Below, one piece after another: positions 27,747-40,240 of a stretch of 64,000 nucleotides of DNA. Numbering within the stretch: position 1 is the stretch's first letter; every line of letters begins with the position of its first letter. The DNA comes from an uncultured Solirubrobacteraceae bacterium (lineage in GTDB: Bacteria; Actinomycetota; Thermoleophilia; Solirubrobacterales; Solirubrobacteraceae). The notes below the pieces were generated by a model, which saw only the letters and a program-made list of their open reading frames with translations, was not told where the DNA came from and did not search any database. The DNA is taken from contig CAVWPV010000014.1 in assembly GCA_963756985.1 (NCBI GenBank), positions 206 through 64,205 of the forward strand. Reading direction: 5' to 3'. A program made the position numbers and the translations under genes.

Positions 27747-28876
27747 GCCGGGGCTGTGACGGCAGGCACCGGGATGTCCGGGGTCTTCGCCGCAGCGGTC
27801 GCGAGAATCAGGGGCCCCATCCGGCGCCGGTCCGTGGCGTCGGCCGCTTCGAGCTCGTCGTGTGCGTCGAGCAAGGCCCGGATCGCGGCGAACACCGGTG
27901 CGTCGTCGATCTCGTCGGGAACGTCGCACGCCAGCCGGGCGAGCGCGAGCATCTCCGGCCCACCGTCGGCCCGGCGCATCGTCATGATCGTGCCCAGCAG
28001 CAGGAACTCCGCGACGCGGTCGAGCAGCACGTGCGGCGCTCGCTCGCGCTCTCCGATCGCCGGCCCGCACGGTTCGAGCGGCTCGCCGGCGGCGATCCGC
28101 AGCGACTGCTCGGATGCGATCGAGCGGACATGCTCGGGCGACAGCCCCGCCTGCAACGCGAGCCGGAGCTGAACCATCGACGAGCCCGCGGTGTTCCCGT
28201 ATGGCGAGTCGGAGGCGAACAGGATCTGGCCCGGCGGGACGTGCGTGAACAGGGTGGTCAGATCAGCCGGCATCCACCACGCTGTGTCGAACAGCAGGTT
28301 CGGCAAGTCCGGTGCCGCGCGCCAGATCCAGGAGAGGTCACAGATTCCCGCGTGCGCGAGGATCAGCCGCGCGTCGGGAAAGTCACCGGCGAGCTCGACC
28401 GCGTGCAGGCCGAGCGCCGGGATCCCGCGACCGGCATGGATCAGGACCGGCAGCCGGCGCTCGTTTGCGAGCGCGATCAGATCGCGTACGCGTGGATGGT
28501 CGAGCGTGAACTGCTCCGCGCGCGGGTGGAACTTGATCCCGCGCGCACCGTTCCCGAGCGACCGCTCGGCCTCGGCGACCGCGTCGTCGGTGTGGGGGTC
28601 GATCCGGCAGAAGGGGACGAGCAGCCCGTCCGACTCCTTCGCCGCGTTGATCACGAAGTCGTTGGCCGGCGGGTAGCCGTCGGGCTCGTGCATCGGGAAT
28701 ACGAACGCCCCGCGCGCATCCGCGAGGTTCAGCACCGCGAGCAGCTCTTCGGGCTTCTGCTTCATCCCGTCCGGGTCGTTCTGCCCGAGGTGGGTGTGCG
28801 CGTCGAACAGCTCGAGTCCCGGGACCTGCTCGCGCACGATCTCGGCCCACGGTTCTAGAACGACGGCGAGATCCAT
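27737..28876 (-). CDS. Amidohydrolase family protein
   Basis: DAHTH, GIKFHP, IHAG, LAHAG, FASDSPY. Confidence 0.85.
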   Translation of the reverse strand: MDLAVVLEPWAEIVREQVPGLELFDAHTHLGQNDPDGMKQKPEELLAVLNLADARGAFVFPMHEPDGYPPANDFVINAAKESDGLLVPFCRIDPHTDDAVAEAERSLGNGARGIKFHPRAEQFTLDHPRVRDLIALANERRLPVLIHAGRGIPALGLHAVELAGDFPDARLILAHAGICDLSWIWRAAPDLPNLLFDTAWWMPADLTTLFTHVPPGQILFASDSPYGNTAGSSMVQLRLALQAGLSPEHVRSIASEQSLRIAAGEPLEPCGPAIGERERAPHVLLDRVAEFLLLGTIMTMRRADGGPEMLALARLACDVPDEIDDAPVFAAIRALLDAHDELEAADATDRRRMGPLILATAAAKTPDIPVPAVTAPAYD

Positions 28877-28902
28877 GCACGAATTCGTAGCATGAATCAA
28901 TT

Positions 28903-29874
28903 GTGAGGACGCTGAACGACAGCTGGACGCTTGGCGGCGTCGAGATCTCGAACCGGGTTGTGCTGGCCCCGCTGGCGGGGATCGGCAACTGGTTCGTGCG
29001 GTTGCAGGCCAAGCGCTTCGGCGCGGGGCTGGTCGTCTCGGAGATGGTGTCGTCGTTCGCCGTGCACTACCGCAACGAGAAGACGTGCCGCGAGCTGCTG
29101 CGGATCCATCCCGACGAACACCCGGTGTCGATGCAGCTGTTCGGCCACCATCCTGACGTGATGGCGTCGGCCGCCGAGCAGGTGGCTGCCGCCGGCGCCG
29201 ATCTGATCGACATCAACATGGGATGCCCGGTGCCGAAGGTCTGCAAGACGGGGGCGGGCGCCGCGTTGCTCGAGGACCCCGACCTCGCTGTCTCGCTCGC
29301 GCGGGCAGCGGCGCGCGGGAGTGGGTTGCCCGTCACGGTCAAGTTGCGGACCGGCATCCGGCCGGGTGATTTGAGCGGCGTCGAGACGGCTCGGCGGCTC
29401 GTGTTCGACGGCGGCGTGGCCGGGGTGTCCGTGCACCCGCGCCATGCGTCCCAGCGCCACGCCGGCAAGCCTGACTACGAGCTCGTTCGGGCGCTCGTCG
29501 AGGAGCTGCCGGTGCCGGTGCTCGTCTCCGGCGGGCTGCATACGGCGCCGGCTGTCCGCGAGGCGTTCTCGCGCACCGGCGCCGCCGGGGTGCTGTTGGC
29601 GCGCGGCTCGCTCGGAAATCCGTGGCTGTTCTCCGAGCTGCTCGACGGCTTTGATCGAGAGCCGACGCGTGACGAGGTCCTCGCCGAGCTCGACTGGGTG
29701 GTCGCGTCCGCGCGTGAGCACCTCGGCGAGGAGCGGGCCGCGCGCTACCTGCGCAAGTTCTATCCGTGGTACGTGGAGCGGCTGGGGCTCGAGCGAGCCG
29801 AACAGAAATCATTGCTCGCGCAGCTGCAAATTGCGCCAACGCTCGAGTCAGCGCGCATATTGTTCGCTGGATGA
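28903..29874 (+). CDS. dusB: tRNA-dihydrouridine synthase
   Basis: LAPLAG, SEMVS, QLFG, DINMGCP, GAGAALL, VHPR. Confidence 0.9.
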   Translation: MRTLNDSWTLGGVEISNRVVLAPLAGIGNWFVRLQAKRFGAGLVVSEMVSSFAVHYRNEKTCRELLRIHPDEHPVSMQLFGHHPDVMASAAEQVAAAGADLIDINMGCPVPKVCKTGAGAALLEDPDLAVSLARAAARGSGLPVTVKLRTGIRPGDLSGVETARRLVFDGGVAGVSVHPRHASQRHAGKPDYELVRALVEELPVPVLVSGGLHTAPAVREAFSRTGAAGVLLARGSLGNPWLFSELLDGFDREPTRDEVLAELDWVVASAREHLGEERAARYLRKFYPWYVERLGLERAEQKSLLAQLQIAPTLESARILFAG

Positions 29875-31871
29875 TCGGCGCGAAAGCTCTCCTGGCGCTC
29901 GGGCTGGCGCTCACCCCGTCCGGAGGGTGGCACGGCGCGGTGCCGCACGGCCCGGCCGCGCGCTTTTTCGCCGGCGCAGCGGTGACGAGCTTCTCTCCGC
30001 CGCCGGCGGGTCGAGCTCCCGGGGGCGATCCCGCGAACTGCGCCGGCTCAGCCGCGTTCAAGGGGCCTCGGGCGTTCGCGTACGAGGACCCGTACAAGGA
30101 TGCGACACACGCCGGCCATTACGTTCAGGGCGACCCATTCGACGACTGCGGCGGCGCTGGACGCTGGCAGGGGAATCTGCTCGGAGGCGGGGGCAACAAT
30201 CCACGGTTCTACACGCGCGTCGCCGACTCGGTCGGCGCGCGGGCGCTGGTCGTCGGCAACGGGAGGACCGCGATCGCGGTCGAGGTGGTCGACCAGGAAG
30301 GTCTGTTCAACGTGTACGCGGACCGGATCCGCGCGATGGTGGCGAAGGCGGGCGTGCACTTGAGGGGGATCTACATCTCCGCAACCCACGACGAGTCCGC
30401 GCCCGACAGCCTCGGGCTCGGCGGCATCTCGCAGACCACGTCGGGGGTCGACAACTTCTGGGTCGGCTACATGGTCCGCCAGAGCGCGTCGGCGATCGAG
30501 CGGGCGTACCGGGCGATGCGTCCGGCGCGAATCCGCTACAGCGAGGTGCTCGAGCCCTCGGATCTACGCCAATGCTGGTCGTCGTACCCGTTCGTTGATG
30601 ACCAGCACGTGCCGCTGCTCCAAGCGGTGACGGCCGGCCGCCGGCCGCGCGTGGTCGCGACGCTGGCCTCGGTGTCCCAGCATGCCGAGACGCTCGGCTT
30701 CAACGGCGGTCCGCAGTCCGATTGGGTCTCCTCGGACTGGGTCGGGTTCTTCCGCGACGCGCTGCAGCGGGCGTTGGGAGGCATCGCGATCGAGATGGCC
30801 GGGTCGGTCGGTTCGGTGGAGAGCCCGGAGGTGTATTCGGGCTCGATCTCGCGGGTGCCAGATGAGTTCGTCGACGCCTCGCATCCGGCCGGTTGCCGGA
30901 CGCTGTTCAAGGTCGGTCGGGTGACCGACGTGGCCGGGAAGCTGCACGTTCCGATCGGCTACAACGGCGAGACCAAGGCGTTCGGTGTTGACATGGCGAA
31001 GCCGATCGTCGCGGCTTTGCGTCGCGGGGCCTGGTACTGGTCAGGGTCGAACCGGATCTGGGGCGCGACCACCAACATCTGCGTGCCGCTGACGAACGCG
31101 CTGTTTGCGCTCGGGGCGAAGCTCGGAGTGTTCGCGCAGCGCCCCGGATACAACGCGAACTGCTCGGTGCGCAATCCAGTCCTGGCGAACGGCACGACGA
31201 CCGGAACGTCGCTGCAATCTCAGGTCGGGGCGTTCGGGATCGGTGACGGCGAGTTCATCGCGGTGCCGGGCGAGGCGTTCCCGTTCACGTTCTTCCGCGG
31301 ATTCCTCGGGCCGCAGGACATGCCCGACCCGAGCCAGTCGTTGCCTGCGTGGCCGCTGCCGAGCATGCACGCCCGGTTTCGGTTCTTCGACGGGCTGGCG
31401 GAAGACATGCTCGGCTACATCTTTCCGGCGGGCAACGCGGTCGGGATCCCGACGCTCTCGAACCTGAACCCGGCCTCGACCGACAGGTTCGGGTGTGGCC
31501 ATTCCGACGACTCGGAGTCGACCGGTGCACAGACCGGCAACATCGTCGGCGCCGCGCTGGTCCGCGTGCTGGACGCGCACGGCGGGGCGGCCGAGCGGGT
31601 GGTCGAGGGCCGCTACGTGCTGCCGGACGGCGGGCTCTCACGCGATCCGCTCGGCGGACCGGAGATCAAGTGCAATGTCGATCAAACGTTCCGATATGCC
31701 GGTCGCGCGGTTGCCGTGGAGCTGGCGTCCGGTCGGCGGGTTGTGCCCCTGGTGTGGATGTCGCTCAGCGGTTTGCCGCAGCGCGAGCCGGACCGTGACA
31801 CGCGCGGATACTTCGATTCCCGCGGCGAGCGTGTGTGGCTGAACGTGTTTCCCAATCTGCGCTTGCGGTAG
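29871..31871 (+). CDS. Secreted protein, neutral/alkaline ceramidase-like fold
   Basis: Signal peptide; ARALVV, SATHDESAPD (cf. ATHTHSGP), HAE, VPGE; ATGA overlap with dusB. Confidence 0.55.
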   Translation: MIGAKALLALGLALTPSGGWHGAVPHGPAARFFAGAAVTSFSPPPAGRAPGGDPANCAGSAAFKGPRAFAYEDPYKDATHAGHYVQGDPFDDCGGAGRWQGNLLGGGGNNPRFYTRVADSVGARALVVGNGRTAIAVEVVDQEGLFNVYADRIRAMVAKAGVHLRGIYISATHDESAPDSLGLGGISQTTSGVDNFWVGYMVRQSASAIERAYRAMRPARIRYSEVLEPSDLRQCWSSYPFVDDQHVPLLQAVTAGRRPRVVATLASVSQHAETLGFNGGPQSDWVSSDWVGFFRDALQRALGGIAIEMAGSVGSVESPEVYSGSISRVPDEFVDASHPAGCRTLFKVGRVTDVAGKLHVPIGYNGETKAFGVDMAKPIVAALRRGAWYWSGSNRIWGATTNICVPLTNALFALGAKLGVFAQRPGYNANCSVRNPVLANGTTTGTSLQSQVGAFGIGDGEFIAVPGEAFPFTFFRGFLGPQDMPDPSQSLPAWPLPSMHARFRFFDGLAEDMLGYIFPAGNAVGIPTLSNLNPASTDRFGCGHSDDSESTGAQTGNIVGAALVRVLDAHGGAAERVVEGRYVLPDGGLSRDPLGGPEIKCNVDQTFRYAGRAVAVELASGRRVVPLVWMSLSGLPQREPDRDTRGYFDSRGERVWLNVFPNLRLR

Positions 31872-31911
31872 TTCTATACTTCCGCGCCCACGCCAACCGG
31901 AGGCGTGACCG

Positions 31912-31945
31912 AACTCCCGCGAGATGCGGGGGTTTTTCTTTCATT
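31912..31945 (+). terminator. Intrinsic terminator in greA leader
   Basis: Stem AACTCCCGC-GAGAT-GCGGGGGTT followed by TTTCTTTCATT. Confidence 0.75.
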
Positions 31946-31974
31946 CCGTCCACAAAAACAGGTCACATACAGCG

Positions 31975-32451
31975 ATGCCCAAGGACGTCATTCTCACCCC
32001 AGAAGGGCTGGCCAACCTGAAGAGCGAGCTCGAGCAGCTCTCGACCACGCGCCGCCGCGAGGTGGCCGCGCGGATCAAAGATGCGCGGGAGTTCGGCGAT
32101 ATCTCCGAGAACGCCGAGTACGACGACGCAAAAAATGAGCAGGCGATGCTCGAGGCGCGAATCGCGTCGCTCGAGGACAAGCTTCGCTCCGCGACCGTGA
32201 TCGACCAGTCGGATCTCGGCACCGACCAAGTGCGCGTCGGCTCGATCGTCCACGTCAAGGACGAGGGCGGCAAGTCGACTAAGTACACGATCGTCGGCTC
32301 AGCGGAGGCGAGCCCGGCTGAGATGAAGCTGTCCAACGAGTCTCCGGTCGGCCGAGCGCTACTCGGTCACAAGCGCGGCGAGGAGGTCGTGTTCTCGACC
32401 CCGAAGGGCGAGCGCAAGCTCAAGATCACGAAGATCGACGTGGTCAAGTAG
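31975..32451 (+). CDS. greA: Transcription elongation factor GreA
   Basis: LTPEG, AREFGDISENAEY, SNESPVGRALLG. Confidence 0.97.
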   Translation: MPKDVILTPEGLANLKSELEQLSTTRRREVAARIKDAREFGDISENAEYDDAKNEQAMLEARIASLEDKLRSATVIDQSDLGTDQVRVGSIVHVKDEGGKSTKYTIVGSAEASPAEMKLSNESPVGRALLGHKRGEEVVFSTPKGERKLKITKIDVVK

Positions 32452-32454
32452 CGA

Positions 32455-33915
32455 TTGGCCGACGAGCCCTCCTCTGCTTCTGACGTATTTGCCGATCGCC
32501 GGCGGAAGCTCGAGGCGCTCAGAGAAGCGGGCGTCGACCCGTTCCCTCACGAATTCGACGCAGTGGAACCGATCGCCGCGGTGCGCGAGGCTCATGCGGG
32601 GTTGGCCCCGGGCGACGAGACCGACACGACGCATCGCATCGCGGGGCGGCTGTCGGCGCGCCGCGGCCAGGGGAAGATGGCGTTTCTCGACCTCGTCGAC
32701 CGGTCTGGCCGGATCCAGCTGCAGGCACGAGTGGACGAGCTGGGCGAAGCGGGGATGGAGCGGCTCCTGTCGTTCGACCTCGGCGATCTGCTCGGCGTCG
32801 ACGGCGTGGCATTCATCTCTCGCCGCGGTGAGCTGACGCTCCGGGTATCCGGTTTCACGCTGCTCGCCAAGTCGTTGCGGCCGCCGCCGGAGAAGCACCA
32901 CGGATTGAGCGACGTCGAGACGCGATACCGCCACCGCGAGGTCGACCTGATCGCGAACCCGGAGGTGCGCGAGCTGTTCATTCTGCGCGCGCGTGCGGTT
33001 ACCGCGGTGCGGCGATTCCTCGACAGCGAGGGCTTCGTCGAGGTCGAGACGCCCGTCCTGCAGCCGCTGTACGGCGGCGCCGCGGCACGGCCGTTCGTCA
33101 CGCACCACAACGCGCTCGATCGCGAGTTCTACCTGCGGATCGCGACCGAGCTGTATCTGAAGCGGCTGATCGTCGGCGGGCTCGAGCGCGTGTACGAGAT
33201 CGGCAAGGACTTCCGCAACGAGGGCGTTGACACGACGCACAACCCGGAGTTCACGATGCTCGAGTTCTACGAGGCGTACGCCGACTACCTCGACATCGCC
33301 GCACGGTGCGAGCGGCTGGTGTCGTCCGTCGCATCTGCGGTTGGGTACTCGGGGGAGCTCGATTTCTCTGCGCCGTGGAAGCGGGAGACGCTGGCCGGCG
33401 CGATTCTCGAGCGGACCGGGATCGACGTACTGGCGCTGCGCGAGCGAGATTCGCTGGCCAACGCGATGCGCGGTGCCGGGTACGAGGCGCCGCCGGGCGA
33501 CACGTGGCCCCAGCTGGTCGACGAGCTACTCACCAAGCACGTCGAGCCAACGCTCGTGCAGCCGACATTCCTGCTCGACTACCCGGTCGAGCTGTCGCCG
33601 CTCGCGAAGCGTCACCGCTCGGACGACGGGCTGGTCGAGCGGTTCGAGGCGTATGCGGGCGGGATGGAGCTCGGAAACGCGTTCACCGAGCTCAACGACC
33701 CCGACGATCAGCGGCGTCGCTTCGAGGAGCAGAAGCAGCTCGCGGCGCAGGGCGATGAGGAGGCCCAGCCGCACGACGAGGCGTTCGTACAGGCGCTCGA
33801 ATATGGGATGCCCCCGACGGGTGGGATGGGGATCGGGATCGACCGGCTCGTGATGCTGCTCACAGGGCAGCGATCGATCCGCGAGGTCGTGCTGTTCCCC
33901 GCGATGCGCGACTAG
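32455..33915 (+). CDS. lysS: Lysyl-tRNA synthetase class II
   Basis: GGAAARPF, YLRIATELYLKRL, FRNEG, HNPEFT, PPTGGMGIGIDRL. Confidence 0.97.
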   Translation: MADEPSSASDVFADRRRKLEALREAGVDPFPHEFDAVEPIAAVREAHAGLAPGDETDTTHRIAGRLSARRGQGKMAFLDLVDRSGRIQLQARVDELGEAGMERLLSFDLGDLLGVDGVAFISRRGELTLRVSGFTLLAKSLRPPPEKHHGLSDVETRYRHREVDLIANPEVRELFILRARAVTAVRRFLDSEGFVEVETPVLQPLYGGAAARPFVTHHNALDREFYLRIATELYLKRLIVGGLERVYEIGKDFRNEGVDTTHNPEFTMLEFYEAYADYLDIAARCERLVSSVASAVGYSGELDFSAPWKRETLAGAILERTGIDVLALRERDSLANAMRGAGYEAPPGDTWPQLVDELLTKHVEPTLVQPTFLLDYPVELSPLAKRHRSDDGLVERFEAYAGGMELGNAFTELNDPDDQRRRFEEQKQLAAQGDEEAQPHDEAFVQALEYGMPPTGGMGIGIDRLVMLLTGQRSIREVVLFPAMRD

Positions 33916-33937
33916 CACGTAGGCGTATCTTGGTGGA

Positions 33938-34828
33938 GTGTTCGAGCGCTTCACCGAACGTGCTCGTCAAGTGGTTGTGCTGGCGCAGGAGGAGGCGCGC
34001 GAGCTGCGGCACAGCTACATCGGCACCGAGCACGAGCTGCTGGGCCTGCTGCGCGAGGAGCAGGGCCTCGCGGCCGCGGTGCTCGACTCGCTCGGCGTGA
34101 CGGTCGAGGCGGTCCGCGACGGCATCAAGCGAATCGTCGGCCCCGGCGACGACGTGGTTCATGGCCAGATCCCGTTCACGCCGCGGGCGAAGAAGGTCCT
34201 GGAGCTGGCGCTGCGCGAGGCGTTGTCGCTCCGCCACAACTACATCGGCACCGAGCACATCCTGCTCGGACTGGTGCGCGAGAACGAGGGCGTCGCGATG
34301 CGGATCCTGCTCGATCTGAATGTCACCGGGGAGCAGATCCGCGACGGCGTGATCCGGGCAATGTCCGGTGGGGCCGCGGCCGGGCGGGCTCAGAGCGGGC
34401 AACCGTCCCTGACGCATCTGGCCGAGTACCAGCTGCCATCCCGCGACGCCGGCGAGATGCTCAGCCGGATCGAGCGGCAGATCCAGGTGTTCCTGGGCCG
34501 CGAACCCGACAACGGCGATTTGCTCGTCATCCTCTCCGCCCTGCCGGAGGGCGTTGTCGCGCGAACGCTGAGCGAGCTCGGCATCGATGCCGTCGCGCTC
34601 GACGCGGCGCTCGCGCGAGCTCGCGAGGCCGGTCCGGACGATATCGACGACCAGATCGCGCGCGCGCAGGAGCGGAAGGACGCCGCGCTCGACGAGGGAC
34701 GGATGGAGGACGCGGCGCGCGAGCGAGACGAGGAACGCAGACTGGTGACCGCGCGCGAGGCCGATCTGCTGGGTCGGATCAGGGAGCGGCTTGGGCTGTC
34801 GGCGCCGCCGGCGGCCGGTACCGAGTGA
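33938..34828 (+). CDS. Clp N-terminal domain protein lacking AAA+ modules (ClpC2-like)
   Basis: First ~140 aa closely match the ClpC N-domain (MFERFTERARQVV..., IPFTPRAKKVLE, HNYIGTEH); no Walker motifs; UVR-like AARERDEERRL at C-terminus. Confidence 0.9.
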   Translation: MFERFTERARQVVVLAQEEARELRHSYIGTEHELLGLLREEQGLAAAVLDSLGVTVEAVRDGIKRIVGPGDDVVHGQIPFTPRAKKVLELALREALSLRHNYIGTEHILLGLVRENEGVAMRILLDLNVTGEQIRDGVIRAMSGGAAAGRAQSGQPSLTHLAEYQLPSRDAGEMLSRIERQIQVFLGREPDNGDLLVILSALPEGVVARTLSELGIDAVALDAALARAREAGPDDIDDQIARAQERKDAALDEGRMEDAARERDEERRLVTAREADLLGRIRERLGLSAPPAAGTE

Positions 34829-35086
34829 ACCGCGTGTGAACTCACGCACAGAGCGGGCTCGGGTCCGCCGGACCGCCACAGGCCTGCTGGTAGACTTGCA
34901 CATGGCCCGACAAGAGCCGGAAGCACTCATCCGATGCGGCGCAGAAGCCGAATAGGTGAGTGGCCCCGGATCATCGGCGTCCCCTAAGCCGGCCTTCATA
35001 CACTTGACTGGTGTAGGAGAGGACTACTAGGAAAACCGCCCCGACCGACCACCGCCCGAGTACCCGCCGAAAGCTAGAGAGAAGTC

Positions 35087-37684
<2,598 letters not shown>

Positions 37685-37694
37685 TCACCCCGGC

Positions 37695-39248
37695 TTGCGG
37701 GCTTCGTTAGCCGGGGCCGCTGTCGCGGCCGCCGCTGCGCTCTGCGCGTGCGGCGGCTCGTCGGCGGCGGCGCCTGCGCGATCGTCCGCGGGGGCCAGGG
37801 ATGGCGCGGATCCGCTGTCGCTCGCCGGCGATCAGGGTGGTGCCCCGCGCTGTCGGGTCCGTCGTCGGTGCCGCTGCCGGCGGGCGGGGCGGTCGTGTCG
37901 TTCGACATCCACGGCGGGACGTTCGCCGTCGGCGGCCGGACCGTGTCGGTGGCTTCCGCCCCCTCGGGCTGGGTTGGCGGTGCGACCTGGCGGCACGTGG
38001 AGATCGCAGCCGGCGAGGTGTGCGGCCGACGGACGCCGGCTCGCTGATGTGTCGCCCGACGCGAACACCCTGACGTTCGGCAGGGCGCAGGTCCGGGCTC
38101 TGATCGTGTCCCGCGCCGGGGCCTCCGCTGCGCTGCTGTTCCATCGGCTCGCAGAGCTGCATGCGCGCGTGCCGACGGGCCGGTTCCCGAGTGGCGCCAC
38201 GGTCGAGGACCGTCTGTATTTCGACCCCGGGTGGACGAGCGGTTTCTACGCCGGCGCGCTGTGGCAGGCGGCGGCGCTCGAGCCCGCCGGCGGGATGTTC
38301 GCGCGGTGGGCGCTGGCCGCGACGGTCGACCACTTCGGGTCCGAGCGTTCGCCGACTCACGATGTCGGGTTCATGTACGGGCAGTCGTCGCTGAATGCCT
38401 ACGACGCGCTGTGCGTCGGCCGGGCCGGTGGCGGGGCGCTCTGCCCGCGGCTCCGCGCAAGCGTCGTGGCCGCCGCGGACGAGCTCGTGTCGCTGGCCGG
38501 CACGAATCCAGGCAGCGGCACGATCCCCACTGACCCGACCAGCCCCGAAGCCGAGACGATCGTCGACAGCATGATGAACATCGCGATTCTGCCCTGGGCA
38601 ACGGCGAAGACCGGGAACGAGGTCTACCGGCGCCTCGCCTTGCACCAAGCTCGGGTAATCGGGTCGGTGCTCGTCCGTCGCGACGGCTCGTCCGCCCAAT
38701 CCGCGAACTTCGACCGGGCCTCGGGCCGCTTGCTGTCGGTCACGACGCACCAGGGACTGTCAAACCACTCGACATGGGCGCGCGGCGAGGGCTGGGCGCT
38801 GTACGGGTTCTCCGTGGCGGCGCTTCAGTTGCGCGACCGGGCGCTATTACGCGTCGCCCAGCGGGTCGCCGGCTACGTCGTCTCCCACTTGCCGGCCGGC
38901 GGCGTTCCACGGTGGGACTACGACGCTCCTGCCGGGGCTCCCGTCGACGTCTCCGCCGGCGTGATCACCGCCGCCGGCCTGCTTCATCTCGTTGCCGCCT
39001 GTGATCACTTCGGGGGTGCCGGCTGCGGCGGCGCCGCCACGGCGGAGTGGACTGTGCTGGCCCGGCGGATGCTCGCCGCGGCGATCGGCGGCTACGCCTC
39101 GACGCGCCCGCCACTCGGGCTGCTGCGCTCGCAGATCCAGGACCAACGGTGGGGCACCGGCTGCTGGTGCAACCACGGCGAGCTGGTCTACGGGCTGAGC
39201 TACGGGCTCGAAGCGCTCCGCCTCCAGCGCTCGCTTCCGGCCCACTAA
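37695..39248 (+). CDS. GH88 unsaturated glucuronyl hydrolase-like lipoprotein (apparent compensating frameshifts ~37840-38040)
   Basis: WTSGF, THDVGF, IVDSMMN, THQG, TWARGEGW, DVSA motifs; lipobox-like LCAC after TTG 37695. Confidence 0.75.
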   Translation: MRASLAGAAVAAAAALCACGGSSAAAPARSSAGARDGADPLSLAGDQGGAPRCRVRRRCRCRRAGRSCRSTSTAGRSPSAAGPCRWLPPPRAGLAVRPGGTWRSQPARCAADGRRLADVSPDANTLTFGRAQVRALIVSRAGASAALLFHRLAELHARVPTGRFPSGATVEDRLYFDPGWTSGFYAGALWQAAALEPAGGMFARWALAATVDHFGSERSPTHDVGFMYGQSSLNAYDALCVGRAGGGALCPRLRASVVAAADELVSLAGTNPGSGTIPTDPTSPEAETIVDSMMNIAILPWATAKTGNEVYRRLALHQARVIGSVLVRRDGSSAQSANFDRASGRLLSVTTHQGLSNHSTWARGEGWALYGFSVAALQLRDRALLRVAQRVAGYVVSHLPAGGVPRWDYDAPAGAPVDVSAGVITAAGLLHLVAACDHFGGAGCGGAATAEWTVLARRMLAAAIGGYASTRPPLGLLRSQIQDQRWGTGCWCNHGELVYGLSYGLEALRLQRSLPAH

Positions 39249-40105
39249 GCCGTGGCGTCGCTCGCTGAGGCATCACTCGCCGCAGCGTCGGGCGAGGCGA
39301 GGAGCACGGCGCCGGTGGTCACAGCGACAAACGCGAGGATCCTGATTGCGCCGAGCGCGCCCGACGGGACGGGCTCGTGCAGGACGATCGTGCCTGCGAG
39401 GATCGGGAGCGCATTGGTGCACAGCGTCGCGAGGCCGGCAACGGTCAGCGCGCCGCCGCGCTGGTACCCGAGTTGGAGCAGCGAGGTGCCCAGCAGGTAG
39501 CCGATGATCACGGTGAGGGCAAAGGCGAAGTGGGCGCCACCCTGCGTCGTGAGCTTCGTCGAGAGGTCGCCGATCGAGAAGAACAGGCCGCCGGCGAGAC
39601 CGTTGGCGACAGCGAGCTCTCCTCGGCGGCGGCCGAACACCAGCACCGCCAGGGCCAGTGCCGCGGTCCCGCCGAGCCACGCGAGGATGCCGGAGGTCGA
39701 ACCGCGGCCGCCTCCGCCGGCGTGGTTGGCGAGCGAAACCGCCAGCAACACAAGACCGACCACGGACAGTGCGACGCCGACCGCCTGGCGGCGGCTCAGC
39801 CGCAGACCCGACACCTTGGCGGTCGCGTACGCGAGCACGCCGATCCCGCCGGCGCCGATGCTCTGCACCACGGCCAGCGGCGCGAGCGCGAGTGCGGCGG
39901 CGTATGACGCGAACCCGGTCGACTCCATCGCGAAGCCGAGCATCCAGCTGCGGTCGGCGAGCAGGACCCGTAGCGAATGGAGCGCCCGGCGCAGAGACAG
40001 TGCCGGCAGTGCGGCGGCGGCATCGTGCTCGCGGCTGTAGGCGAGGTTCGTCAGCGTCGTCGAGACCGCCGCCAGCACCAGCCCGATCACGACTCCGACG
40101 TGCAC
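39245..40105 (-). CDS. DMT superfamily membrane transporter
   Basis: About 9 TM; ALALAPLAVVQ; LQLGYQRG. Confidence 0.75.
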   Translation of the reverse strand: MHVGVVIGLVLAAVSTTLTNLAYSREHDAAAALPALSLRRALHSLRVLLADRSWMLGFAMESTGFASYAAALALAPLAVVQSIGAGGIGVLAYATAKVSGLRLSRRQAVGVALSVVGLVLLAVSLANHAGGGGRGSTSGILAWLGGTAALALAVLVFGRRRGELAVANGLAGGLFFSIGDLSTKLTTQGGAHFAFALTVIIGYLLGTSLLQLGYQRGGALTVAGLATLCTNALPILAGTIVLHEPVPSGALGAIRILAFVAVTTGAVLLASPDAAASDASASDATA

Positions 40106-40240
40106 CCACGGCAGCCTAGCCAGCAGCGTCCGTCGATCGGCCTGCTATAGCGGTGCCGATCGACGGCGACGTGGGTCGAGGTGTGCCGACTTCGTGCCAA
40201 CTCCGCGGTGCCGTCGGGGCCGGGCCGTAGCCTGGAGACG

